Source: Bacteriovoracia bacterium (GTDB taxonomy: Bacteria; Bdellovibrionota; UBA1018; CAIPTA01). From it: a stretch of 64,000 bases of DNA. This document shows, piece by piece, positions 29,032 to 38,731 of this stretch. Made by a program: the position numbers and the translations under genes. Every line of letters starts with the position of its first letter. Within the stretch, counting starts at the first letter, position 1. The notes below the pieces were generated by a model that had not been told where the DNA came from, searched no databases, and saw only the letters and a program-made list of their open reading frames with translations. The stretch spans positions 128,001 through 192,000 of the forward strand of contig JBFWVL010000003.1 of the NCBI GenBank assembly GCA_050246755.1, written 5' to 3'.

Positions 29032-29751
29032 TTACAGCCCCAACCCCGCCGTATCGAGCTCCAGCAGCTCGTGCATGGGCAGCTGCGAAAGCGCGACCGC
29101 GAACACGATACAAATCAACAGCACGCCCAAGAAGAGCAAGATATAGGGCGCCAGCACGATCGCGGTGGCGCGGCGGTTGCTGAGGGCGAAACGCTCGCGG
29201 ATGCCGGTCACGAGCAGCACGATGGTCACGGAAAAAGAAATGAATCCCCCTACCAGCGGCACCACGCCGAACCAGCGGCCGGAGGTGGCCACGGCCTGGA
29301 TGCGCAGCACGTTCGTGAAGGTCACGCGGTCGGGACCGCCGTTTTCGTCTTCCACCAGCAAGCGGGTAAATAAATATACCACTAGGCCGCCGAAAAAAAT
29401 ACGGGCGAGCAGAAGGAACGGCGTGAGCAGCAGAAGCCCGGCCGCCCAAAGGAAGGAATTGGGGCTGAGCGCGAGAAACGAAAAGCCGCTTTCACTCACG
29501 AGCAATTTCTGCACCCAGCGCTCGAAGAGGCGGGCCAAGAAAAAGGAATTGAAGGTACGCACGAAAAAGGCCACCAGGGCCGCGAGCCAGCCATTGGTGA
29601 GCCCGAAGGCAATGGCCGAAGATCCTTCGAGCCGCGGAAAATCCTCGTGAAAAAAGCGGGTCGGGTTCAGGAATAAGGTTCCGGTACGCCGGAGGAAAGC
29701 ACGTACGGGGCCGGGCTGGGGGCTAGTGGTCAGGGTGAGAATGTTCTCCAT
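29032..29751 (-). CDS. Yip1-family membrane protein
   Basis: LFLNPTRFF N-terminal motif, about 5 TM helices. Confidence 0.75.
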   Translation of the reverse strand: MENILTLTTSPQPGPVRAFLRRTGTLFLNPTRFFHEDFPRLEGSSAIAFGLTNGWLAALVAFFVRTFNSFFLARLFERWVQKLLVSESGFSFLALSPNSFLWAAGLLLLTPFLLLARIFFGGLVVYLFTRLLVEDENGGPDRVTFTNVLRIQAVATSGRWFGVVPLVGGFISFSVTIVLLVTGIRERFALSNRRATAIVLAPYILLFLGVLLICIVFAVALSQLPMHELLELDTAGLGL

Positions 29752-31204
29752 GTTTGCCCTCCTTCGCGGGTTCCGAGGTGATTACCTGTTTATTCGCCGA
29801 CTCGTAGAGGTCATGCAGGCGTACCGGCAGGAGTTTCAAAAAGGCTCCGCTGAGCACGGCGAGTTCGCCGGGCACGAGGCTTTCGGTGAGAATCTCTTGG
29901 CGCTTATGGATCGCGAAACGCATCCGGCGCTTGGGCTTGCCATCCGAGCGGAATTCCAGCTCGAGATCGGCCGGTAGCTTCGTGAAGGCCGTATACATGG
30001 GATCGGCAGAGATTTTTACCAAGTTGCTGGCCTCGATACTCGAGAGCACGCGCAGGAAGGAATCAATGCGATCGCGCGACAGGGCTTCGGTGGGTTTATC
30101 CCCGGAAGTATAGACCCAAGTTTGCGCTTCCGGCTTGAGCACGATTTCTTTTTTCTCTTTGGGAAAGATCAGCGCCACTTCCGTGGCACCCGAGAGCTCA
30201 TCGCCCACGATGAGGCGGCGCTCGCGGTATTCGATCAAGGGCTTGTTAAAACGCTCCAGCACGAGGCCGTCGATGGTGAGAAGGCGGGGCTCGCCGGCCT
30301 TAGCCACCACGAATTCCGTTCCACCCTTTTCCTTAGCCACGGAGTAGACCGTCACCCGGGACCACTCGCCCTTGGCGTTTGCGAAAGCGAGCGTCCAGGC
30401 GGGCTTTCCCGATAAAACTTTCTTCGCCGGGGCGCTCGAACGGCTCTCGCTGAATACGCCCTTCATATCGAGGTAAACAAGGGTGGTTGCTAGGCCTTCG
30501 ACCAAGATGGAATTGGCCGGCGCGGACACGGGAGACTCCAGTGTCCACACGTTGTTCTTTTTTGTGGCCGAAAATTTCTGGCCGGTTTTGTCGATCCACT
30601 CGATCGCGCTCACGTTGCCGCTCGCGCTTTCGGGGAAAATCCGTTTATTGCGCCAATGGAAAAGATCCTTCTGCAGCATGGCGGGAAAATAATTCGCCAC
30701 CATGAAAACGGTATTGGGCGAGCGGTTGGTTTGCACGTAGGCGCTGGAACCGATGGCCTTGGCGCTGCCTACTTTCAGGGCGTAGGGAACGGCATCCCCT
30801 TTCACCTGAAACTCGAGCTCGGCGCTGGGAGTGTCGAAGCCGTATTCTTTAGGATCGGTGCCGGCATCAAGCTCGAACTTTTCGGTCTGCGTGAGGCTCA
30901 TGATGGAACCGGCCAGAGCGCCCACGCTCGCGGGGTCGGCCCTTTCCTGCACGGGCTGGGTAACGAGCCAATCGCTCGTGCCATCGAAGGTGCAGCCCTC
31001 GGGTTTGGCGCAGGCGAGCTCCACCTCGGTTTTTCCCGCGTGGACTTTTATTTTCTCCAGAAGCTTATCTTTCAGCCAAAAAACGCGGCTCTCCTGCTCT
31101 TTTTTTAGCTCCGCCTTGTCGCGGGTATGCAGGGGATCGAAGAGCGCGAAGGTGCCGAGCACGATAAAGGCAAGCATTAGGACAAGAGAAGTCTTGAGGC
31201 CCAT
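29723..31204 (-). CDS. DUF4340-domain protein
   Basis: N-terminal TM; repeated W..PV..AD units; KEYGFDTP; follows gldG. Confidence 0.8.
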   Translation of the reverse strand: MGLKTSLVLMLAFIVLGTFALFDPLHTRDKAELKKEQESRVFWLKDKLLEKIKVHAGKTEVELACAKPEGCTFDGTSDWLVTQPVQERADPASVGALAGSIMSLTQTEKFELDAGTDPKEYGFDTPSAELEFQVKGDAVPYALKVGSAKAIGSSAYVQTNRSPNTVFMVANYFPAMLQKDLFHWRNKRIFPESASGNVSAIEWIDKTGQKFSATKKNNVWTLESPVSAPANSILVEGLATTLVYLDMKGVFSESRSSAPAKKVLSGKPAWTLAFANAKGEWSRVTVYSVAKEKGGTEFVVAKAGEPRLLTIDGLVLERFNKPLIEYRERRLIVGDELSGATEVALIFPKEKKEIVLKPEAQTWVYTSGDKPTEALSRDRIDSFLRVLSSIEASNLVKISADPMYTAFTKLPADLELEFRSDGKPKRRMRFAIHKRQEILTESLVPGELAVLSGAFLKLLPVRLHDLYESANKQVITSEPAKEGKHGEHSHPDH

Positions 31205-32796
31205 TATTTTTTCGTCCTGCGCCACCACACAACCACGCCGCAAATCACGATCGAAGCCGGGAGGAAAAATACGGTAACGAGCAAAATAAGATTGATCACG
31301 CTATTGGAAAACTGGCGAAGACCGTCGTCGTCTTCCTTCGGGCGGATGCTGATGAACTTTTCGTCATTGGCCAACCAGGCCACGCTATTGAGGAAGAGAT
31401 CGCGGTTGCCGAGCTTATCGATCATCGTATTCTGGGCGAAGGTGGAGGCACCGAAAACCACCAGGCGGGAACGCGGAGTTTTCGCAGGCTCTTCGGTGGG
31501 AGTGCCCACGGTAATTTCTTCCGCCGCCACGCCGAGGTTCATTACGCCGCGGAAATCCGTGCCCTGAGTGAAAGTCACGGATCCCTTCTTCAGGCTTTCC
31601 CAGTCGCTCTCGGCCCAGGCCTGGCCGGAAGTGGTCACGATCGGAGAAAATTTTTCATCTTCCTTTTCGCGAAACGTAATATGCGTGGTGAGGGGAAAGA
31701 GAAAATTAACCGCCAGCACCGACTGCACGCTCGATTGAGGAAAGGCGCGCACGATCGGGTGTTCGCGGGCATTGGCAAAACCGAAGAGGATTTGCGGCTC
31801 CACGTTGGCATTCTTATTCGTCGGATCCACGAGCATCTGGCCATGAAGATCCAAACCAAATGGCTTGATCAGCTCGGCCACCTGCTTACTACCCTTGGCG
31901 AGGCCGCTCTCCATGATGTCGAGCTCCGCGCTGAGCAATAGATGCCCATGGGCCTTGAGGTAGGCTCTGAGGATCTCGAGCTCCTTGGGAAAAAAGGCGG
32001 TTTTGGGGCCGGCAAGCACGAGCAAGGCGGCATCGGCGGGAATCTTGCCCTCGCTCACGAGGTTGAGCTCTTTGGCCACGTAGCCCTGTTTCTCGAGTTC
32101 GCCCTTGAGCACCGAATAGCCGTTCGGCGTGGAATCGTCGAGGGAGCGCTCGCCGTGGCCTACGATAAAATAAACGGTCTGGTCGCGGGTGCGGAGGAGC
32201 TTCATGAGCCCATTCGTCACGGCTTCCTCGGACGCGCCCGTTACCCGCACCTGCTTCTTGGTGCCGGCCAACTCGAGCAGCACGATATCGTTGCCGTTGA
32301 CCCCCATGCTTTGGGTGAAGGTAGGACGGCGCTCCGAATCCACGAATTCATACTGAATGCGCGAGGATCGGTGCTTGAGGTTCTTGAGCACGAACTCGCC
32401 CTTTTCCTTCTCACGGATCGTGGTGAAGTAATACACCTTCACGTCCTGCGTGAGGCTATCGAGCACCTTGATGGTTTGGTCGCTCAGGGAATTTTTCGCT
32501 CCGCGGGTGAGATCTTTTCTCCAGGAGTGATCCTTGGCGAGAATATTTACGAAGACCAGGATACCGAGCACCAGGAATACGATGAGGCTCAGGTTGGCGC
32601 CGTGGCGGGTACGGCGGTTCATGAGGAAGCTCACAATCGCGCGGCGCTGAATTACCGCCCAGAAGAGCATCAGCAAAAGCGAGGAAACCCAGAGGCCATT
32701 CACCACGAGCTCATTGGGCAGGATGATAAACGCCACGAGCGAGGCGCAGAGGGTGAGGAGAGCAGCGATTCCGGCGATATTGGCTAAGCGGTTCAT
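31204..32796 (-). CDS. GldG-family ABC transporter auxiliary component
   Basis: DLTRGAKNSLS, YFIVGHGE, AGPK, GNRDLFLNSVAWL, C-terminal TM. Confidence 0.88.
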   Translation of the reverse strand: MNRLANIAGIAALLTLCASLVAFIILPNELVVNGLWVSSLLLMLFWAVIQRRAIVSFLMNRRTRHGANLSLIVFLVLGILVFVNILAKDHSWRKDLTRGAKNSLSDQTIKVLDSLTQDVKVYYFTTIREKEKGEFVLKNLKHRSSRIQYEFVDSERRPTFTQSMGVNGNDIVLLELAGTKKQVRVTGASEEAVTNGLMKLLRTRDQTVYFIVGHGERSLDDSTPNGYSVLKGELEKQGYVAKELNLVSEGKIPADAALLVLAGPKTAFFPKELEILRAYLKAHGHLLLSAELDIMESGLAKGSKQVAELIKPFGLDLHGQMLVDPTNKNANVEPQILFGFANAREHPIVRAFPQSSVQSVLAVNFLFPLTTHITFREKEDEKFSPIVTTSGQAWAESDWESLKKGSVTFTQGTDFRGVMNLGVAAEEITVGTPTEEPAKTPRSRLVVFGASTFAQNTMIDKLGNRDLFLNSVAWLANDEKFISIRPKEDDDGLRQFSNSVINLILLVTVFFLPASIVICGVVVWWRRTKK

Positions 32797-32805
32797 AAAT
32801 ATACC

Positions 32806-33561
32806 TTAATTAGAGTCAATCGCGAGCTTAGTAAGGAACAGCGAGAATCCCGCAAAGCTCAGGTAAAAAATAATGTCGGAAGTATCGATCGTGCCCTGGG
32901 CCATATTGGAATAGTGACCGATGAGCGAAAGGTAATTGAGCACCTCGCTCCAAACGGGCCCGGCGCGATGGGCGCTCCAGCCGATAAGCCAGAAAAGCAG
33001 CAGCGAGCCGAAGGTGAGCACGGCGGCCACGATCTGATTTTCCGTGAGGGCGCTCCAGAGCAGGCCGATCGCCACGTAGGAGGCGGCCACCAGGATAATC
33101 CCGAGGTAGCAGCACGCGATCACGCCCCAATCGGGCGTGGCGGTGAAATACAAAATGATGGGATAGACCAGCGTGAGCGAGAGCATCACGAGGATGAGGC
33201 CCAGGCCGGCCAGAAATTTTCCGAGCACGATCTCGATCGGGCGCACCGGCGCGGTGAGCAGGAGCTCGATCGTATGGTCTTTTCTCTCTTCCGCGATCAG
33301 GCGCATGGTGATGAAGGGGGCCACGAAGAGCAGCACCACGTTGATATTGCCGAAGAGCTGGCGGATCACCATTTCGGAAAGCGTGGGTTTCTGCCCGTAA
33401 TTCACGGCGGCGTACTGCGAGATCGACTGCGCAAAATAGGAAAAAAGATTCGCGAACATGAAGCCGATGATGAGCAGGAACATCGCGATCACGATATAGG
33501 CGATCGGCGAACCGAAATAAGAGCGGAGGTCCTTTTTGGCGATGAGAAGAATTTGGTTCAT
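32806..33561 (-). CDS. GldF-like ABC-2 permease
   Basis: YFGSPIAY, TMRLIAEER, ELLLTAP, ENQIVAA. Confidence 0.9.
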   Translation of the reverse strand: MNQILLIAKKDLRSYFGSPIAYIVIAMFLLIIGFMFANLFSYFAQSISQYAAVNYGQKPTLSEMVIRQLFGNINVVLLFVAPFITMRLIAEERKDHTIELLLTAPVRPIEIVLGKFLAGLGLILVMLSLTLVYPIILYFTATPDWGVIACCYLGIILVAASYVAIGLLWSALTENQIVAAVLTFGSLLLFWLIGWSAHRAGPVWSEVLNYLSLIGHYSNMAQGTIDTSDIIFYLSFAGFSLFLTKLAIDSN

Positions 33562-33562
33562 A

Positions 33563-34522
33563 TTAGGCTCCATCCTTGGCCAGGGCCTCATCGCTGGTGA
33601 TCAGGCGCACGAACGCATCCTCGAGGCTAAGTTTTTCCTGGGAAAGCGCGAGCAGCCCGAGATTTTCCTTCACGCAGAGCTCGGCCACCTGGGCGCGGGG
33701 ATCGCTGCCCTTGGCGGACTCCACGTACACCAGAAATTCCCCGGTTTCGATACGTCCCACTCCCTTGGTGCTGGTCACTCCGGGTAAGGCCCCGAGGCGT
33801 AATAGCGACCCAGTAGGATCATTCTGCAGCAAGACGGTAAGACGCAGGTTCGACTGCATACGCGCCGCGATTCCGCTGAGGGTGTCTTCCGCCACCACGC
33901 GCCCGCGATCAATCACCACCACGCGCGAACACGTGGCTTGCACTTCGGGCAGGATATGAGTGGAAAGGATCACGGTATGATCGCCGCCGAGGCTCTGGAT
34001 CAAATTGCGGATATCGATGATTTGCTTGGGATCTAGGCCCACAGTGGGCTCATCGAGGATGAGCACGGGCGGATTATGCACGATCGCCTGGGCAAGGCCC
34101 ACGCGCTGGCGGTAGCCCTTGGAAAGATTTCCAATCAAGCGATGGCGCACGTCCGAGATCCCACATTTGGCCATGCTGTCGGCCACGGCGGCCTGCACGC
34201 GCGCCTTCGGCACCCGGTGAATGCGGGCGGCGAAGGTAAGGTAAGTTTCCACGTCCATCCCCGCATACACGGGAGGATTTTCCGGGAGGTAACCGATCCC
34301 CGCCTTGGCCTCGAGGGTATGGGAAGAAATATCCAGGCCGTTCACGATCGCGGAACCCGAGGTGGCGGGAATAAAACCGCTCAAAATTTTCATCGTGGTG
34401 CTTTTGCCCGCCCCGTTGGGCCCGAGGAAACCGAGAATCTCGCCCTTTTTTACCGAGAAGGAAATCGAATCGATCGCCTGGCGCTGGTTATAGCTCTTGG
34501 TAAGATTTCGAACCTCGATCAT
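33563..34522 (-). CDS. GldA-like ABC ATP-binding protein
   Basis: GPNGAGKS, LSKGYRQRVGLAQA, LDEPT, STHIL. Confidence 0.93.
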   Translation of the reverse strand: MIEVRNLTKSYNQRQAIDSISFSVKKGEILGFLGPNGAGKSTTMKILSGFIPATSGSAIVNGLDISSHTLEAKAGIGYLPENPPVYAGMDVETYLTFAARIHRVPKARVQAAVADSMAKCGISDVRHRLIGNLSKGYRQRVGLAQAIVHNPPVLILDEPTVGLDPKQIIDIRNLIQSLGGDHTVILSTHILPEVQATCSRVVVIDRGRVVAEDTLSGIAARMQSNLRLTVLLQNDPTGSLLRLGALPGVTSTKGVGRIETGEFLVYVESAKGSDPRAQVAELCVKENLGLLALSQEKLSLEDAFVRLITSDEALAKDGA

Positions 34523-35158
34523 TTAAGGCCTCACTAGCTGGATCTCGCGCTCATGCATCAGGCGCACTAGCTCGTTCACGGCCAGCGCCCGGTGGCTGAT
34601 GCGATTTTTCTCTTCGGTACTGAGCTCGGCAAACGTTTTTCCGCCGCCGGCATCGGGAATGAAAACAGAATCGTAGCCAAAACCGCCGCCCCCAACCGCC
34701 TTCTCGGCGATCTTACCCTCGCAAACGCCTTCGGCGCGCAGCTCTACGCCCTCCACCATGAATACGAGCACGCAGCGCATGCGCGCCTTGCGATCGCCTT
34801 TCACGCTCTCGAGCGCCTTACGGCGGTTGGCCTCATCCTGCGATTCACGCGCGGTGGGTTTGCCGAAATGAGCCGAGTGCACTCCGGGCTGGCCCTTGAG
34901 CGCGTCGATCTCGATGCCGGAATCATCGGCGAAGGTGGGAACTTTTGCGGCCTGAAAGGCGGCGTGGCACTTGCGGAAAGCATTCTCGTAGTAAGAAGCC
35001 GAAGGGGACTCGTTTTCCACGTGCTCCAAAAATTTCGCGTTGCGCACGAACTCGTCGAAGCCTTCTACCTGGATATGGTGTTTCGCGAAAAGCTCCGCGA
35101 ATTCACCCTTTTTGCCTTTATTCAGGCTGGCCAAAACCAAAACATTCATGGCACGCAT
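34523..35158 (-). CDS. rdgB: Non-canonical purine NTP pyrophosphatase
   Basis: ASLNKGK, ADDSG, PGVHSA, GFGYD, KNRISHR. Confidence 0.93.
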   Translation of the reverse strand: MRAMNVLVLASLNKGKKGEFAELFAKHHIQVEGFDEFVRNAKFLEHVENESPSASYYENAFRKCHAAFQAAKVPTFADDSGIEIDALKGQPGVHSAHFGKPTARESQDEANRRKALESVKGDRKARMRCVLVFMVEGVELRAEGVCEGKIAEKAVGGGGFGYDSVFIPDAGGGKTFAELSTEEKNRISHRALAVNELVRLMHEREIQLVRP

Positions 35159-35293
35159 TGATCGCTCTCCTCTGTCGGGAAAAAGTTCTCCTTTAAGGTA
35201 ATCCTTACCTGTTTTTTGTCAATGATTTCAAGGAACTGTGAAGCGGAGCGTAAAAGTCTTATCCCTTTCATTTCAGATGTAAGGATTGCTTCC

Positions 35294-35320
35294 TCAAGTG
35301 CCTAGACAAGGGGCCGATAG
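35294..35320 (+). promoter_or_regulatory. Sigma28 (FliA) promoter
   Basis: TCAA-N15-GCCGATAG. Confidence 0.7.
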
Positions 35321-35324
35321 GTAT

Positions 35325-35699
35325 ATGCTTATGGTATTCCGACGTAAAAAACGCAAAGCCGCCCCCCCCTTCTCCGTGCGCAAGTGGGATCCCCTTTTCA
35401 TTATTTTTGAAAAGCATCTCTACGATTTTAACTACGAGAGCCGGGAACTTTTTATCGGCGGCGTGGTGAAAGACTACCTCTCGCACCTGATGCGTCAAAA
35501 GGCGATGGTTCCGCCGGCCTGGAAAGGCCACCTCGAAAAAACCCTTACCGACGAAGTTTCCGACATGCTCGTGCGCAAACTCTATGGCTGCCTCACGGTG
35601 GAAGAGTTCAAACAGAAAGCCGAAAAGCCCGAGAGTAAAGACGAGCTCGTTACCGCCCGCAAAGAAGTGCGGAAGCGTTACCAAAAACTCGCCGGATAA
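35325..35699 (+). CDS. Hypothetical cytoplasmic protein
   Basis: ORF with typical codon use; start at 35325 or 35331. Confidence 0.7.
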   Translation: MLMVFRRKKRKAAPPFSVRKWDPLFIIFEKHLYDFNYESRELFIGGVVKDYLSHLMRQKAMVPPAWKGHLEKTLTDEVSDMLVRKLYGCLTVEEFKQKAEKPESKDELVTARKEVRKRYQKLAG

Positions 35700-35702
35700 T
35701 TT

Positions 35703-36404
35703 ATGAGACTGGCCATAATCGCGCTAGTAACTCTCTTTGCTCCTACCCTCCTCTTCGCCGACGAAAAATTCGATCGCGAAACCGTGATCTTCATCGGTTC
35801 CTCCACCATGGGGCACTGGAAGCCGCGGATGGACAAAGATTTCCTGCCGATCAAAACTTGGAATTTTGGCGAGAACGGCACCGATTTCCACTACCTCCAC
35901 GAGACCGTACCCGACTGGTCGAAAAAATTCCCGGCCAAGCGCTGGGTAATTTACAGCGGCGATAACGACCTCAACTCCACGCCCCGGCGTACGCCCGAGC
36001 AAGTAAACGCCGACATGCTGAAAACCGTGGACCTCATCCGCGAAAACGATCCCGATGCCGAAATTTTCGTGATCTCCATCAAGTGTCGCGTGTACGTGGA
36101 AGCCGAACCCGCCTGCCCCCGCGTGATGGAAACGAATAAGCTGATGGCCGAAAGCGCCTTGAAGGTGAAGGGCCTGACCTACGTGGACACTTTCTCCGCC
36201 ATGCGGGCCGCCGACGACGACCAGCGGAAATTCTTCGATGAAGACGGCGTTCACCTCAACGACAAGGGCTACGATATTTGGGCCGGTACGCTCAAGCCGC
36301 TGCTGCAGAAGAGCATCGGCAATACCGCCGCCGTTGCCAAAAAAAAAGCCCCTCGCCCTAGCGAGAACGAAGTTAGTGAAGAAGCGGTAAGAACCGCGCA
36401 GTGA
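35703..36404 (+). CDS. Secreted SGNH/GDSL hydrolase
   Basis: Signal peptide; FIGSS, YSGDND, DGVHLN. Confidence 0.88.
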   Translation: MRLAIIALVTLFAPTLLFADEKFDRETVIFIGSSTMGHWKPRMDKDFLPIKTWNFGENGTDFHYLHETVPDWSKKFPAKRWVIYSGDNDLNSTPRRTPEQVNADMLKTVDLIRENDPDAEIFVISIKCRVYVEAEPACPRVMETNKLMAESALKVKGLTYVDTFSAMRAADDDQRKFFDEDGVHLNDKGYDIWAGTLKPLLQKSIGNTAAVAKKKAPRPSENEVSEEAVRTAQ

Positions 36405-36571
36405 TTTCTCTTTTTCATTTTTAGGGCGGGCGCGGAAAGGATTGCTCTACCAGGATACTTCTGAAGGTGAGCCCGTTTCTGCGGAGTAGATTTAATGCAG
36501 CGCTTAGCCGGCGCCGGCAGTAAGTGCGGGCAAGCGCTCAAGTCGGTTAGAACGTGCAAAGTGAAAGAGCT

Positions 36572-37384
36572 CTAACCCAGCTTAAAAAAATCTACGCAGA
36601 AGCCGTGGAGCTCTTCTTCCTTCGAATCGGTGATCACCCTGCGCGTACCCGCCAGGAAATCACCGATCATTATTTTTAGCTTCTGCGCATCTTTCTCTCC
36701 GATACAGATCACCGAAGAATAATGCACTCCCTCTTCCTGATCCGCCTCGATCGCCTGCATCGCCTGCAAACGCCAGTTCAAGTGATGCTTGGTGATCATC
36801 GAAGAATCGTTGCCGAGATGGATATGAATCGGCCCCACCGAATAATGATCGCCGCTCTGCTGAGCCAGCCCGCGCGCGGATAAGAACTCCAGCACCGTGC
36901 CCACCTTCCGCAAAGGAATCCGAAGTGCCTTCGCGATCGAAGCCTTAGTTTGGTAGGGCGGAATCATTAAATAAGAGTGCACCGCCGCGTAGATCCAGGA
37001 ACTGAAATACACCGAGTGATCTTCCTCGCTCAGTTTCTGCGTGGAGCTCAAACGCTCTTTCAACACGGTCTGTCTTTCTACCGTAGCCTCGATCAGCTCG
37101 AGGAAATGCGCGCGCAAAGAATCCGAGCCCGCGCGGGTAAACTGCACAAGAAGAAGGAAGAAAGCGCTTTCCTGTTTAGCGTGGCCTAAGAGAGGATTGA
37201 GCTTATCGGCCTGCTCTAGGCTCAAATGGCTCTCTCCCTTGAGCACCTGGGAGACGAAGGCCGTCTGACAACCCATGGCTTCCGCCATCTGCCCCCGAAG
37301 GCCATACCCGCCCGCCGGCTGGGAACTAAGCCAGTCTTTTAGGTAGAGTTTATAGTCCCGGAAGTGATAAATCGTCTGCTTCAT
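36572..37384 (-). CDS. TIGR02147-family (HTH + DUF4423-like) protein
   Basis: DYKLYL, MAEAMGCQTAFVSQVLKG HTH, HLSLEQA, YFSSWIY, HHLNWR, DFFKL. Confidence 0.8.
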   Translation of the reverse strand: MKQTIYHFRDYKLYLKDWLSSQPAGGYGLRGQMAEAMGCQTAFVSQVLKGESHLSLEQADKLNPLLGHAKQESAFFLLLVQFTRAGSDSLRAHFLELIEATVERQTVLKERLSSTQKLSEEDHSVYFSSWIYAAVHSYLMIPPYQTKASIAKALRIPLRKVGTVLEFLSARGLAQQSGDHYSVGPIHIHLGNDSSMITKHHLNWRLQAMQAIEADQEEGVHYSSVICIGEKDAQKLKIMIGDFLAGTRRVITDSKEEELHGFCVDFFKLG

Positions 37385-37393
37385 TCCTTAATA

Positions 37394-37474
37394 ATATCGG
37401 CTATTTTTCTTAATTTTTAAGTAATATTTAAAACTAGTTCGAAGATTTAAGATTTTCCACCTATAAACCGACAA
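37394..37474. promoter_or_regulatory. Back-to-back sigma28 (FliA)-type promoters
   Basis: Minus: TTAA-N15-GCCGATAT (37420-37394). Plus: TAAG-N15-ACCGACAA (37448-37474). Confidence 0.65.
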
Positions 37475-37539
37475 TAATAGTGGGATATTCTGCTTAGGTA
37501 GGTTGCTCCATTAGGGGCAGCAACCCAAGTGGAGAAACT

Positions 37540-38634
37540 ATGAAGAAGCCAATACTGATCCTAATCGCCCTCCTGCCCTTCGTTACCGGCCTCGCCATGG
37601 CCGAAGGCGGAAGCGTGGGCGGCGGCACCAACCTTGTGATCAAGGAAAACCAGCTCACCGACTTCGTAAAATTCCGCGCCGAGTTCGGCGATAAACAACT
37701 TTTAATTGACCCGCGAAATTTCAAGCTGCCGAAAGAAAACTCTCCCGTTTATAGCGACATCAAGCCCTTAATGGACCGCGCTGAAACCCTCTACCCGGGC
37801 ATGGGCAGCGAAATGGAAAAGGCGTTCGATAAGCCCTGGCTGGTAGTGAAAGCGGAATTCGCCGGCCGCAATCACGGCGAGCGGAAAGTGATCTCCCAAA
37901 CGGATACGGCCGTGTACGTGAGCCTAGACTGGATTCGCAAAGCCTCTCCCGCCCAAGTTCGGGAAGCCTTTTTCCACGAAGGCGTGAGAAATTACGCCTC
38001 CTCGTTCACCGATATGGCTTACCTCCATAAAGCACCCGACCACCAATCGGTGGACGACGAAATTACGGAGATGCTCACTCCTCTGCTGTATAAAAAATTC
38101 CCCACGCCTATTTTAGCAAAAAAAATGCAACAGGCCACGGCGGTGATCGGGCAATACGGCGTAGAAAATCTAGGCTGGACCTCCCCGCGATTCGTTCCGC
38201 AGGCGATAAATCGCACCGAACTGTACGCGACGCTGAAAGCCATCGACGCCCCCAAAATGATTCGCGCCATTTGCGAGAGCGGAAAAGGCTCCTACCACGT
38301 TTATCACAACTGGAAAGTAGAGTCGGCCATCGACGAATTTCGCAAAAAAATCAAACAAGCGGACATGCGTGAAGAGCTGAAAAAATACACCATAGATGGC
38401 ACTTACCGTCTCGGCTCCGTTGATGAAAGCGCCCAGGCCCTGATGGAGCTGCTCGGGTTCGTGAACCGCTCCAGCGCCGCTCGGGAATATGTCGTAGAAT
38501 ACTGCAAAGGAAATAAGTTCGAGCGCATTCTCAGCGAGTACGAACGCGACCAGGGAAAAGTTACGCTCGAGGAGGCCAAGGCCGCCACCCGCCTTCCCGA
38601 CGATGAAGACCTCAAGAACGGCTCCGCCGAATAA
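37540..38634 (+). CDS. Secreted hypothetical protein
   Basis: Signal peptide then EGGSVGGG; FFHEGVR; ends GSAE. Confidence 0.8.
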   Translation: MKKPILILIALLPFVTGLAMAEGGSVGGGTNLVIKENQLTDFVKFRAEFGDKQLLIDPRNFKLPKENSPVYSDIKPLMDRAETLYPGMGSEMEKAFDKPWLVVKAEFAGRNHGERKVISQTDTAVYVSLDWIRKASPAQVREAFFHEGVRNYASSFTDMAYLHKAPDHQSVDDEITEMLTPLLYKKFPTPILAKKMQQATAVIGQYGVENLGWTSPRFVPQAINRTELYATLKAIDAPKMIRAICESGKGSYHVYHNWKVESAIDEFRKKIKQADMREELKKYTIDGTYRLGSVDESAQALMELLGFVNRSSAAREYVVEYCKGNKFERILSEYERDQGKVTLEEAKAATRLPDDEDLKNGSAE

Positions 38635-38731
38635 ATAAAACCACGCAATTTTCCCCACGCTTAGGAATTCCTAAGATGGAAGCGATTGCCAAAAAAACAA
38701 AACTTCACGCAACTGAAATAAGAGGTATCCA

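Noticed and set aside
35165-35200. FliA-like promoter upstream of rdgB (TAAA..CCCGACAG)
   Set aside because: Spacer is 12 nt rather than about 15
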